From NCBI GenBank assembly GCA_965649765.1, contig OZ287755.1, forward strand, positions 49,290,001 through 49,354,000: a stretch of DNA of 64,000 nt. The letters run 5' to 3'. Positions 52,924 to 64,000 of the stretch are shown here, one piece after another (within the stretch, counting starts at the first letter, position 1; every line of letters starts with the position of its first letter). The notes under the pieces are model-generated. The model ran no database searches. It was not told the origin of the DNA and saw only the letters and a list, made by a program, of their open reading frames with translations. Source of the DNA: Bispira polyomma (lineage: Eukaryota). Both the position numbers and the translations under genes were made by a program.

Positions 52924-53774
52924 GGCTAAACTACTGAATTCCCCTGGAGGGACGCCATTTTGAATTAAGGAAGTAGTTCGGTCATTAATAGTGAAAAATA
53001 GTTCTTCATATAGTAAAAAATAGTTCTTCTTATGTTCATAGTATGTTATCCACATAGATAGGTTGACATGTAGACAGGTAAACAGTAACAAAAATATTTT
53101 TTTTTATTTTGTTTGGTAGACAGGTCGACAGGTCGACATTTAAAAAAAAAAAAAAGAAAAAAAAATTTTTTTTATTCTTTTTGTATTTTATTTCTTTATT
53201 TTACCTGCAATATTTTTTTTCACCTGTCTACCTTTTAGACATAGAATATACATATATGTATACCCTGTCCACCTGTCAACCTCCTTTTTCGGAAAAAAGT
53301 AAATAAATAAAATATCAACTGTCTACCTGTCTACCTTTTAGACATAGAATATACATATATGTGTACCCTGTCTACCTGTCAATCTCCTGTTTCAAAGAAA
53401 AAAAAAGAAAAAATTTCAACTGTCTACCTGTCGACCTGTCTACCTTTTAGACATAGAATATACACATACATGTATGTGTACCCTGTATATCTGTCTACCT
53501 GTCCATCTGTCAACCTCCTATTTAAAAAAAATATTTTTAACTGTCTACCTTTTAGACATAGAATATACATTATACATATACATTTTCAAATGTCTACCTG
53601 TCGACCTGTCTACCTTAAGGGGAGATATATATATAATACTCTAGTATGTAATACTCTAATATAGTACTCATATTAGTCGTGAGCTAATTAGCATAAATTA
53701 TACAATTTTTAAATTCACATCTCATATCACTACATTCAAAATGGCGTCCCTCCAGGGGAATTCTGCAGTCGTTC
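52924..53774. mobile_element. Non-autonomous MULE/Mutator-like foldback element
   Basis: Perfect 30-bp TIR core GAATTCCCCTGGAGGGACGCCATTTTGAAT (52936-52965 / 53734-53763); 9-bp TSD TGAATGTAA (52915-52923, 53775-53783); internal TGTCTACC arrays. Confidence 0.85.
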
Positions 53775-54819
53775 TGAATGTAAATAGTATTATTTCCCTT
53801 TTTGGTAAAGCTTATGGTATTGTTAATTAGTATTCTATGTTTAAAAGTTTCTGTATGACTCTATATTGTTGCATTTTATGGAATTTTGACAGAAAAGTGA
53901 TAAGAAAATGTTATGTAGCTTGGCGTAAATATATTCATGTACAGTAGATATTTGCCATTGGTATGTAAAGATGTAAAAGGTTCAATAAGTTTAGGTATAA
54001 TATGACATGCAGTAGTAAACCACTTATTAAATTTAAGTATAACTTTAATAATGCAAAGTAGTATAGTGTTGCAATGTAACTTCGGTGTATTAAACTATGT
54101 GAGGCAGGTAACAATAGCCCTCAATATTATACAATATTATTTACAATTCAAAGAGTTTATTGTAATAAGATTTATCGTTTAATAATCATTTGTGTATTGA
54201 CAAAGAAATGATTTCAAATGGTTAACTTGTAATGTGGCTAACAGTGACTTGCGTGAAATACATGCGTGAAAGTTGCATAAAACTATGATACATCTAACAG
54301 CACCCCCCCCACCCCTCCACCCTCTTTACTAATCCTAGATCCACCTTTGGAATCATAAATATGAAAAAAAAGTTTCAAACCCATTGAGGTTACATACATG
54401 TGTAGCTTATTTCAACATTTATTAAAATAAATATTATTGTTACAGTTTTGGGACAAACCCTTTGTCTATTTTTAAATCTCTAACGGTGTGAAATTTATAC
54501 TACAAAAAATCTTTGATAAATGTCACTGTTGCTGATTTTGTCAATAACTTTAAAACTTTAAACAAAATGTTTAATTCTAATTAACAGCTTTCATCGTTCA
54601 GTATTTACTCCATACATGCATGTCTGGACCAATACTTGAAGCCACATGCATGCTTTTAAATCACACATTCCCATACAAAAATAAAATAATGTAATTGGGG
54701 CTCCTGGATGTCCAACTGCATGTTGGGGTATATTCAGTCCAATCAATCTATTGGTGGGCAAGTTATTCAAGGCCACATTCCACATAGGTAAATTATCAAG
54801 GCTACAAGCCGCGACATTA

Positions 54820-55395
54820 AATGTTGTGTAATCGCAAAAGGTTCTCCCTATTGTCTCCTGTCTGTTGTCTCCTTGATGTCTCCTCAGTTCCTTTTGGTGT
54901 CTGTCTGTTGTCTCCTTGATGTCTCCTCAGTTCCTTTTGGTGTCTGTCTGTTGTCTCCAGTAATCACCTCTGCTCGATTATGTTCACATTCTACACCACG
55001 ATAGCCCGTTGAGGAGACAATGTGGAGACAATTGCCCCTACTGTCCCATCTTTGTCTTTTTAAAAATTGCCATTCTGATGCTTTGATGGCGTGCCATTGT
55101 CTGTATTGCCTTCTATTGTTGTTAAACCAACTACAGCAGGCAACAGTAAGGCGACAGTTAGCAACAAGTGTAAGACGTGAAATACACAGTTGCATAAAAT
55201 AAGGGCTCTTTCAATAACATCATCAAGACAGTATGACGACACAAAAAAATAACGATGGGACAGCCATGAGACCATAGTGAGACAGCATTAAGACAAGGAT
55301 AGGACAGTGGAATGACAAATGGTGATTTTTGGTTTTGCAAGACAGTGAAAAGACCACTGTGAGAAATTAATTTGATTTTTGTAGCACATTGCACC
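54820..55395. mobile_element. Probable MITE with GTCTC/GAGAC motifs and a 43-bp tandem repeat
   Basis: TGTCTCC motifs on the left and GAGAC motifs on the right; 43-bp unit repeated about 2.3 times at 54859-54958; weak terminal complementarity. Confidence 0.45.
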
Positions 55396-58300
55396 TACAC
55401 ATGAACAATTTAGACAATCGACAACAAATTATCATAACACTGTCAAACAATGTGTGGCGCCGGTTATAGGTTGACATTTCACAGTCTATTTTAGGAATAA
55501 GCCATGAATGCTAACTAGCTACACTATTACGCTTGCGGAGTTTTTGTGTGGAAAAATTTACATGTAAACAAGTATCTCCATACACATATATAATATAGTA
55601 GACACAATTATTTGTGTTGTAAAATTATTAGAAATTAACTGGACACTTATATAGTACATTTATTAAGTGAACATAAATTTATGTGGGGGATTGATGTTAG
55701 CATTAGTTCATCCTCATGTTACGGTGATCCTTACATGCATAACCAATGTCACATATACTAACATGCATATATATTTTTGTAGTCCCCTTTACACATGTAC
55801 CTGTACAAGTAATATATATCTTAAGTACATATATAATAAACCACAATACCCCCATATGTCTGTTTGTTGAGATTTTTTAATCTGATGTGGTAGGAACTGA
55901 AGACTTCCAATATTTGGTTTTGAAGTAATGATTTAAAGAGGTCACTTCTTTATAAGCGTGATAAAAATATTATTGCAGTCTGTAAGTATTGTTTAATATA
56001 AATGGCAATCAGTTCATAAGATCACATCATTTAGTAAGTGAAGATATATATGATATACATTTAAAAAACTTTGTTTAAAAACACATAGTTCATTTGAACA
56101 TAGACACTTACAATAGTTAAAACTACTTTAACATGTAAGCTGTTATTATTTAACACAAGCTATTTACATAGCTAAACAATGCTTAAGGTTTATTTTAAAC
56201 AGGCCTCACTTTGAGATGAACGCCACATATATTTATGACTAGTCACTTTGAGGTGACCTTAAGCATAACATAAACTTATGGGTGCCTTAAGTTAAGCTTC
56301 TATTTGGATTGATGTAACCACAACTTAAGGTTAAGCAAACCAGAGCTGGTTAAGGTGAGTAAACTTCATTTAGGATTCTTTTTTTTAACAGGGTAACCCT
56401 AAATCTAGACCGTACCTTAATAGTTTTTACACATATCCAAAGTTATGCATTTTTCTCCCTGTAGTGGGTTGCATTAGAAGCATTTGTGTAAAAAGTGTCT
56501 TTATTTTATTAAAAAGAGTACAAGCTTGGGTGGTAATCCTGTCTGATAAGGTAAAGGGGGATAGTGTCTTTTTAAATAATATTGCATAATGTATACATAT
56601 TTTTTTGTTCTCATTTTCCCATAAACAGAAACAAACTTCAACATTAAATACAATGCTGTTAAAATGAATTTAAATTTGATTTCTCCTCCAGTGGACACAA
56701 ATTTGTCTTGAAAACACACTTGGTCCAATTAAGCTGACGGTACAACATTGTGTCACACAATACTGTAATAGTAGAACATTTAGCTGGAATAATATTTTAC
56801 AAATTTAACTATTGGGTATTTTTGGTTTTAAATTTTAATGCACATTTAATTTTCACTATCCAAAGTCATTCACCAAATTACCTAAAATTACTTAAAATTA
56901 ATTCCAATTGAAAATGCCCACAGTATATCTGTTTCCACCTGAAGTGAAACTATTGTCAAAGTTTAAATGTAACAGGTACAATAGATGTTAAATATCTTGT
57001 TTGCAACACTTACTGGCGCCAGGGTGTCGCTTAATATGGTATGACACAATATCCCAATGTAAAGTCACATGAACATGACTAAACAAGTAGCACAAAGGGG
57101 GATCTTTTTTTGTTTCCATAAAAATAGAGAGACAGTAATTCAAATACACAACACATTACATAGACCACTCTATTATGTATTTTATGGCAGTCTTACATCT
57201 AACAAAATAATTCTAGCTATAGAGAATCAGCGTGAACTAGTAATTAGGTTTAGATTTAACACAAGTTTTAGATTAACCTCTTCGAGCAATTTTCAACAGG
57301 AAATAACAGGAGTACTCAGTAGAACACAAACCTATGCCATGGGGTACAAAATCTAAAGGGGTCTGTGCTTTAGCTACAAACCTAGACCTCTCAAATTCGG
57401 CCACCTGTTAACATATAGAAAAGTAGATGTAGAACTTTTTTTACCCAAACACCCATTTCCTAGTACATGCATTTTTGGTATTAAACAATTTAATGTTTTC
57501 TTGCTTAACCCAAAATCGGTTAAGTAATTTTTCTTGTGATCTGCCTAATGAGCTAAGATACAAATCGATCAACAAACAAACTGACACAGGGAAAACATAA
57601 CATCCATAGCGAAGTTAATGACAAGGTGTCAGTTTAATTATCAATAAATAATTTTGAAAAGAAACCTAATATTATATCAGTACGAAAAGACAAATGTTTG
57701 CTGAAAAGAATGGTGTCATAAAATACCTCCTTGCAAGACTGTTTAAAGAGGTCTAAAGTTATTAAATATTTACATACAAGGAATAACAGCTTTAGTGTTA
57801 GAAATGTATTGAAATCACCAACAATTACAGTGTCATGCATATGATAGGTTGCGGTATTAAAATCACCAATGATTACAATATTGTGTATGTGATAGCTTAA
57901 AGTCTGTCTAAAGACACATCGATTGCTTTTTGCATAATATTCTGTTTTACTTATTCACAACACAAATAGTTCTTTAAATGTTGGATTTATGTGTTCAGTT
58001 TGTCATTGTGAAAAATATTTGCAGCTAAACAAAAATTTCACCTTTGCAAAATTTTGCGTTCAGAAATTATCATTGAAATAACATATTTTGTGCCTTTTCC
58101 ATATTATAAAGGTTAAAAATTGCCTTAAATTACGGTCGGCCTTACAGAGTTAATTGCGCTTTGGCACTCTAACAACTATTTTTTTGTTTTGATAAAGACT
58201 CGTGAAACGACATAAACCTATATTTCCCACTTACTTGGCAGGTAGTAAGGGACAGGCGGTAATCTTCACTTCACTTGAAGTTACAACAGACATTGGTGCA

Positions 58301-58529
58301 CTGTTGAAGTTATTCTGTAAAGATATATCAAATTTAAACAGCCATGGTAGCAGCTTCAATGTGTCTTAATATGTAAACTAAGCTATATTTGTAATGATAT
58401 CAAGAATATCTACAATCACCCTTCCTTGAAATTTTACAAGGGGGTGATAAACGATTCTGGTCTGCAAAGTAAAATAGGCTTGAAAGATAAATATCAATGA
58501 AATTTACAATAAACCTGGAAATCATGAAT

Positions 58530-58860
58530 ACCTGAACATTAACATAGGGTAATAATAGACCTATTTTTTAAATATCCCATAATGAGAGGCATCTCTTCCT
58601 CTTTATAGCAATACATAAACAAAACCATTATTGACTTCAGTTGTCCTTTAGGTTTGATTTTCCCGTATATAGATTGTAAAAATAAGGTGCACACCTGTAT
58701 AAGATAGATGTAAGCCATACATGCCGTCATATAAAATAGACCCTTATGACAATGACTTGCTTTTCTGGAATGGACCTTACATTGACATGTGTCCACCATT
58801 TGGCAGCCACCTATTTCAACGCATCTGTGATTGTCATGGTTACATAAATTATAAAGATGT
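58530..58860 (+). mobile_element. RT fragment of another YR (Ngaro-like) retrotransposon
   Basis: RVIIDL, GAHLYKIDVSHTCRHIK, IDPYDNDLL, YIDMCPPFG..FQRICD. Confidence 0.65.
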
Positions 58861-58899
58861 CTTGGACACCGCTTTTTGGGTCAACTCCTGCTCTTGTTA

Positions 58900-61040
58900 A
58901 AACCGAGCTCACTTGGGATGTGGCAGAAGAAAGTGAATATTCAAATTTAACCTGAATCCTTTAAAGCCACACCAGGTCAAGAATGAGCAATGAAATTTAA
59001 GGATATATTGGAAGCCATTAGTGGTCCGTCAGTAACAGCTAGTCCAGTTTGTGTTGCAAGTAACACCAAAATCTAGAAACTCTCAGAGTGTGAAAAAAAC
59101 AACTTTGAGCAAGCAGAAAGAAAGCTACCATGAGTCAGCTGGATTCGGTCCTCCACCTCAGATGCCAGTCTCGACACCACGTGATCATCAGTCATTTCAG
59201 TTTGGGTTATACAACACATAAAATTTTTGGGGTCATTCAATGGTTGTTCCTTTGAGCAATTGTCCAGTATCTAGTGAACCAGGGAGCACCTACAGGGTTG
59301 ATCTTGACTGCCATGAAGCATTCGCTTGAGGGACAAGCTTAGGAGATCGTTCTACACATTAAGGAAACCAAAACCATCATGGAAATTGTCTCGCTTTGAA
59401 ATAATGTTTGGGAATGTTCTTCGTGAAACTGTCACAGATTGGTATACCAGTGGTAAATAATGATGCCACCATTATCAGTCCAAACAATTATGACGTTGCA
59501 GTGAATACACAATTTTAAACCAAATTGTATGACACAGATATCAAAAATGCGTTTCATCATAGTATGACTCATTAGCAGGAAGTTCGCACTTCATGATGGA
59601 GGCCTGAAAGCTTGAGTCGAAACTCAATTCAAAGAAGGCTCAAGTTCACCAGATGAATAATGGGATAGAACCATCCCTACAGAAGTAGATGGGATCCTGG
59701 AACAACTTAACATCCTGAATAACAGGTTGGAGTAGGACAAGAGGCTGTTAGACCAGACCATCAAACACACCCTCTGCCACCATTGCCAGGCAATCAAGAA
59801 GTTTTTCCAGAAAAAAGTTTCCCGGGCTCTTTATTGTCTTAAATGCAACAAGCTGGGTCATATAGCAAGGAACTGTCCTTAAACTCTGTAAGATCAGGAA
59901 ATGGGAGCAGTCTGACCCAGAAACATTAACTCCTTTAGCACAGCGAAACAAGTAGGTGGAAACGCTAATTCATTTTTCTGTAAGAGTGAATGGTAAACCT
60001 TTTCAAGCATTACTCAACACCGACTTAATGATTAGTACCAGTTTTCAATGATTATTATGTCTTGAGATTTATCTGTTAGAAGGGATGCTGACTGTTTGAG
60101 GGGGTGTTGGGAATCCGTTGCCTTTTTTAAGTTACGTGGAAGTTAAGTTAGAGTACCATAACTTCAAAGCTGCCGTTGGAAGTCATAAACCATCTAAACC
60201 AAGATGCGACCATACCTGCGAAGGTAAAGATCTGTGAACTGTACAGCATCAAAGATGTTACCCCATTAGAAGAAAACTGTCAGCAGATAATATATGAAAA
60301 TAAAATCTTAGATAATCTTTCTGAAAATTTAGACCGTGAATAGTAAGTGAGGTACGGGATCTGATCTCCAAGTTGACATCCATCTTCTCCTTTCACGATC
60401 TAGACCTACGACTGACCAGTAAAGCAATTCGAATTTGACTAAAGGATGACACCCATTCAAGGAGTAATCCTGACCGATGCCGCCCGCTTTGTTTGAATTG
60501 GTTCGTGCACACTTGAAAGAGATGCAGGCGCTATTAGGAAGTCTGAAAGTCTGTATGCCTCGAACATAGTCATTGTTCGCAAGAAGTCTAGATGTTTGAC
60601 TGCTAAATTCAGTCCTACAAGGAGCATATGCATCATCTTTAGGCTGTCTTCCAAACGTTAGGAGATGCAGGAGTCAATCCAAGTATCATTTTTTTAGGTC
60701 ATATGATCTAGTAAAAGTATTGCTCTTGACCAGCAAAATACATCTTGTGTACAGTTTTGGCCAGAAGTCACTCACTGATGTACAACATTTTGTTGGGTTC
60801 ACATGTTTCTATTATCGCTTCATCAAAGATTTTTTAAAAGTTGCAAGAGCATTACATCAAGCTTGTGAGGGTAGTGCACATTTACAAGACAAAAACTAGA
60901 GCTAAAGTTTGCTATCCATTTTTGCAATGGGGTTTAGAACAAAAGAAAGCTATTGTTTGCTTGAAGGAAGCATGCTGCAGCCGCTAATAATTGGATTGGT
61001 AGATTACAAGAACCCATTTCTTCTTCATACAGATGCCAGC
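58900..61040 (+). mobile_element. Decayed Gypsy LTR retrotransposon (gag knuckle, protease, RT, RNase H)
   Basis: CLKCNKLGHIARNCP (about 59835), VNGKPFQALLNT, MPPALFELVRAHLKEM, YASNIVIVRKK, FVGFTCFYYRFIKDF, PFLLHTDAS. Confidence 0.8.
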
Positions 61041-61268
61041 AGATTTTTCCCTGAAAGAGAATGCAAAAAAAATAGTACCATGTAAAGGAATAATAGTTCA
61101 CCAGGTATATTAATTTTAAAAAATGCCTCTACCTATATAAATATGCTAGTCATTCTTTAATGACTCATTGATTGAGTGAACACATTTCTGGATATGCCTT
61201 TTAATATTTGGATTGATATTAATTTCACATTCAGAAAAAAAACACTTTATTTTCTTTTTCTTCAGTAT

Positions 61269-61350
61269 CTGGCTAAAAACAAAGATATTCTTGTGGTAGT
61301 AAAATTTTACTGGCTAAAAACAAAGATATTCTTGTGGTAGTAAAATTTTA
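61269..61350. repeat. Exact 41-bp tandem duplication
   Basis: CTGGCTAAAAACAAAGATATTCTTGTGGTAGTAAAATTTTA x2. Confidence 0.95.
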
Positions 61351-61935
61351 CCGTGTAGAATAAGAGAGCTGTCATATGTACCACCACTGAATTGAATTGG
61401 TTTTGAGTTGATAGGTTTTTGGGTGACAAAAACTGCAAGTTGTGTATATAATTTATGGTATAGACTAGATATAGTCTATATTTATATGTATAAACTAAAG
61501 ATATGGAGAAACCAAAAACAAGAAAAACTAATTAGATGATCCTTGAGTGAACCCCTTAACAATGAAAAACATTGTATAGCCATGAGATACATTGAAAAGT
61601 ACCAACAAAACAGGCCACTTGTAGATAAATTGCAACATATGTAGGCGGTATGTGTATTTGGTGTAGGTGTATTTGGGCTTTTGACACTGTGGACTCCAGA
61701 AAATTCTCAGAAAAACTTATAAAGTCCCACTATAAAGAGTTTAAGGTAAACCCCATAGAGAATATCTTAATGCACCTGTTGGTATTTTTGTTTATAAAGA
61801 ATGAAATGTATTTACCAGTAAACGTCAGGGTGTAACACAGAATCAAATATATATTACGCCGCTACAAAAGCATCTACCTACTTGGCAGTTCATAATACAC
61901 AAAAATAGTACAAATTTGTATGAATACAATATAGT

Positions 61936-63160
61936 AGTGGTGACTTCAACATTAACGTTGATGTACTAGTTGGTAACGGTTATAAATTTATGACCTTTCT
62001 TGACTCATGTCATCTGAAACAGTCAGTCAACCTACCCATCTACATGGTCACATACTTGCCCTCATCCTATCCACTAGTGATCAGAATACTATTGTTGACA
62101 TCAAAATCCGCAATTTTATATCTGATCATACACTAGTCAAATGCTCAATTGCCTCTCCTCATCGAGTGCCTCATATTCCAAATAAAGTGCAGTACAGGAG
62201 ATACCGCCGTATAAACACGTCTGACCTCCGCTCTGATCTTAAAAATACTTCCTTCGTTATGTCCCCAGCTAATTCTCTAGTCGATCCAATGTGACCAAGT
62301 AGACACCAATTCAAAAGAACTTGGCGAAGGACCAATAATCCTCGGAATAAAAGTCGGCTTTGTCCTCAAATTGCCCGGTGCAATATACTAGTTAACAAGG
62401 ATAAGTCTGACTATTATAGTAAATTGATCTCAGACAACAGTCATAACTCTAGAAAGTTATGGCAGGAGCTGCGCAATACCATGAATTCCACGAATCTGAT
62501 AAGTCGTTTGCTGAAAATGATGTTCATCCTCTTTCTGATCCTGTAGAAAGTACTGTCTTCACCAAAGTCTCTGAAGATGCTGTTAATAAAATCATCAGTA
62601 ATTCACCTACAAAATCATGTATGTTAATCCATGACCAACATCTCTCATCAATGAATGTAGTGATATACTACTCCCTTTAATTACAAAGTATGTTTGAGGG
62701 ATATGTACCTGATGGTTTCAAAACTGTTGTGGTTACTCCTCTTTCTAAAAAGGCTTCTCTCCCTACTGATGATCTAAAGAACTGTTGCCTTGTATCCGGT
62801 CTTAGTTTCATATCAAAACTGGATGAACGTGTGGTTGCTAAGCAACTCTTAGATCATATCCTTGACCATGACTTAGACAACACCAGTCTGCATATAAAAC
62901 AGGTCATTCGACCTAACAGCTCTTCTGTCCATAAAAAATGAAGTCCACTTATCCTTGTTAAGAGGCGAACCTGCCTTGATGTTGCTCGATCGCTGCCTTT
63001 GACACCATTGATCATTCCACTCTTCTCAGTTGTCTTCAGACTTGGTTTGGAGTTGAGGTGTCTGTTCTTAATTGGTTCACTTCCTACTTAACTGAGCGTT
63101 ATCAGTCGATAAAATTTGGTTCTACTTTGTCTGATCTTTGTAAACTCTTGTTTGGTGTTT
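61936..63160 (+). mobile_element. L2-clade LINE remnant (endonuclease end to RT start), same family as the 46.5-48.4 kb copy
   Basis: GDFN, PTHLHGHILAL, ISDH, SGLSFISKL, AAFDTIDH; nucleotide blocks are near-identical to the reverse complement of 47330-48420. Confidence 0.9.
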
Positions 63161-64000
63161 CTACATTACTGATGCGTTAGACAATGGGTTTAAGAACTGT
63201 TTACTGAGCAAAGGAGTTGTGATCTTGTGGAGTGGTGGAGATTGATCATTGATGTGAAGCGGGCTGGAGGTTGGGATGTTGCTGTGGATCTGTCAGGTAC
63301 TGAACATTTACTGTCACTAGCGGTGATCCTGCTAGCTGGACATCTGATGGGGGGTGATCAAAGTGCTGTTGTATTGGGTTGACTGACTTCATAGGTGTAA
63401 TCCTGAGGTATTTTTGAGTTGTATTTCCTGATGAAGGATGAGATGTTGGAGGTGTTGTGAGCCGAATCCTCATACATTACTGATGCGTTAAACGGTGTGT
63501 TTAAGAACTGTTTACTGGTCGAAGGAGTTGTGATCTTCGCCTTTGTAGTTGTGAAGCAGTCTAAGACGACGAGTTAGCTGTATCCAGCACAAGAACTTGG
63601 GAATGCTGTGCTGAGGCTGGTTCGGTTGAAGTTGAAACTGTTGTGAAGCAGTCTGTGCTAAGGCTGCTGTGAAACCTATATAGAACCTGGTTCTCTGGAC
63701 TGGGTAAAACTGGGGACTGTCCTCGCGAAGGCACTGCGAACCTGGCTTCTTTCACGTTGAATTATACTCATGGTGGAAAAAGTCTCATTCTTAAAATCTG
63801 GAAGTCCCCCTTGTCGCGCTTCTCGGCTTTTATCGCCAGGTATTAGAAGAAAGCGGCGCGGTTGGACTGTGGTGGTTCTGGTTCCTGGTTGAAGATTGAC
63901 ATGATAGTCAAAATGTGCCAAATGTTCAACTAACTGGCTGGGGAACCTCTTTGGATGCTTCTCATGCTGTTCTCAGCTGCACTATCCAAGCCAATACTGG
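63161..64000 (-). mobile_element. Decayed Q/P/S-rich ORF remnant, possibly the accessory (Myb/MADF-type) gene of a PIF/Harbinger element; runs off the window
   Basis: Frameshifted RAAFF*YLAIKAE..DF.DFKNETF..IQ helix followed by low-complexity sequence; abuts the truncated L2; 65-bp internal repeat (63162-63226, 63473-63537); family call is from recollection only. Confidence 0.3.

Noticed and set aside
53226-53615. CRISPR-like repeat-spacer look
   Set aside because: Intervening sequences are homologous to each other, the array sits inside a TIR element, and the context is eukaryotic with no cas genes

Overview
AT-rich animal genomic DNA, probably a lophotrochozoan such as a bivalve mollusc (inferred from SINE and retroelement types), with two assembly gaps. 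One host gene is well supported: a 4-exon minus-strand gene (CDS 3579-10154, about 1579 aa). Its protein is largely low-complexity, with a coiled coil and a C-terminal MYND zinc finger that only splicing completes. The rest is a transposon graveyard: three near-full-length but disrupted tyrosine-recombinase (DIRS order, Ngaro-like) retrotransposons plus older relics, L2, L1/Tx1-like, Penelope-like and Gypsy remnants, many tRNA-derived SINEs, and several MITEs. The most interesting signal is a shared expression layout in the YR retrotransposons: a phase-1 splice donor inside gag matching an acceptor just before the recombinase ORF (predicted Gag-N/YR fusion), a reconstructable -1 frameshift signal between gag and pol, similar internal promoter motifs, and a multi-hairpin 3' element. 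A chimeric SINE carrying copied flanking DNA also places direct repeats on both sides of the host gene. All calls were made by eye; no searches were run and element boundaries are approximate unless TSDs are given.
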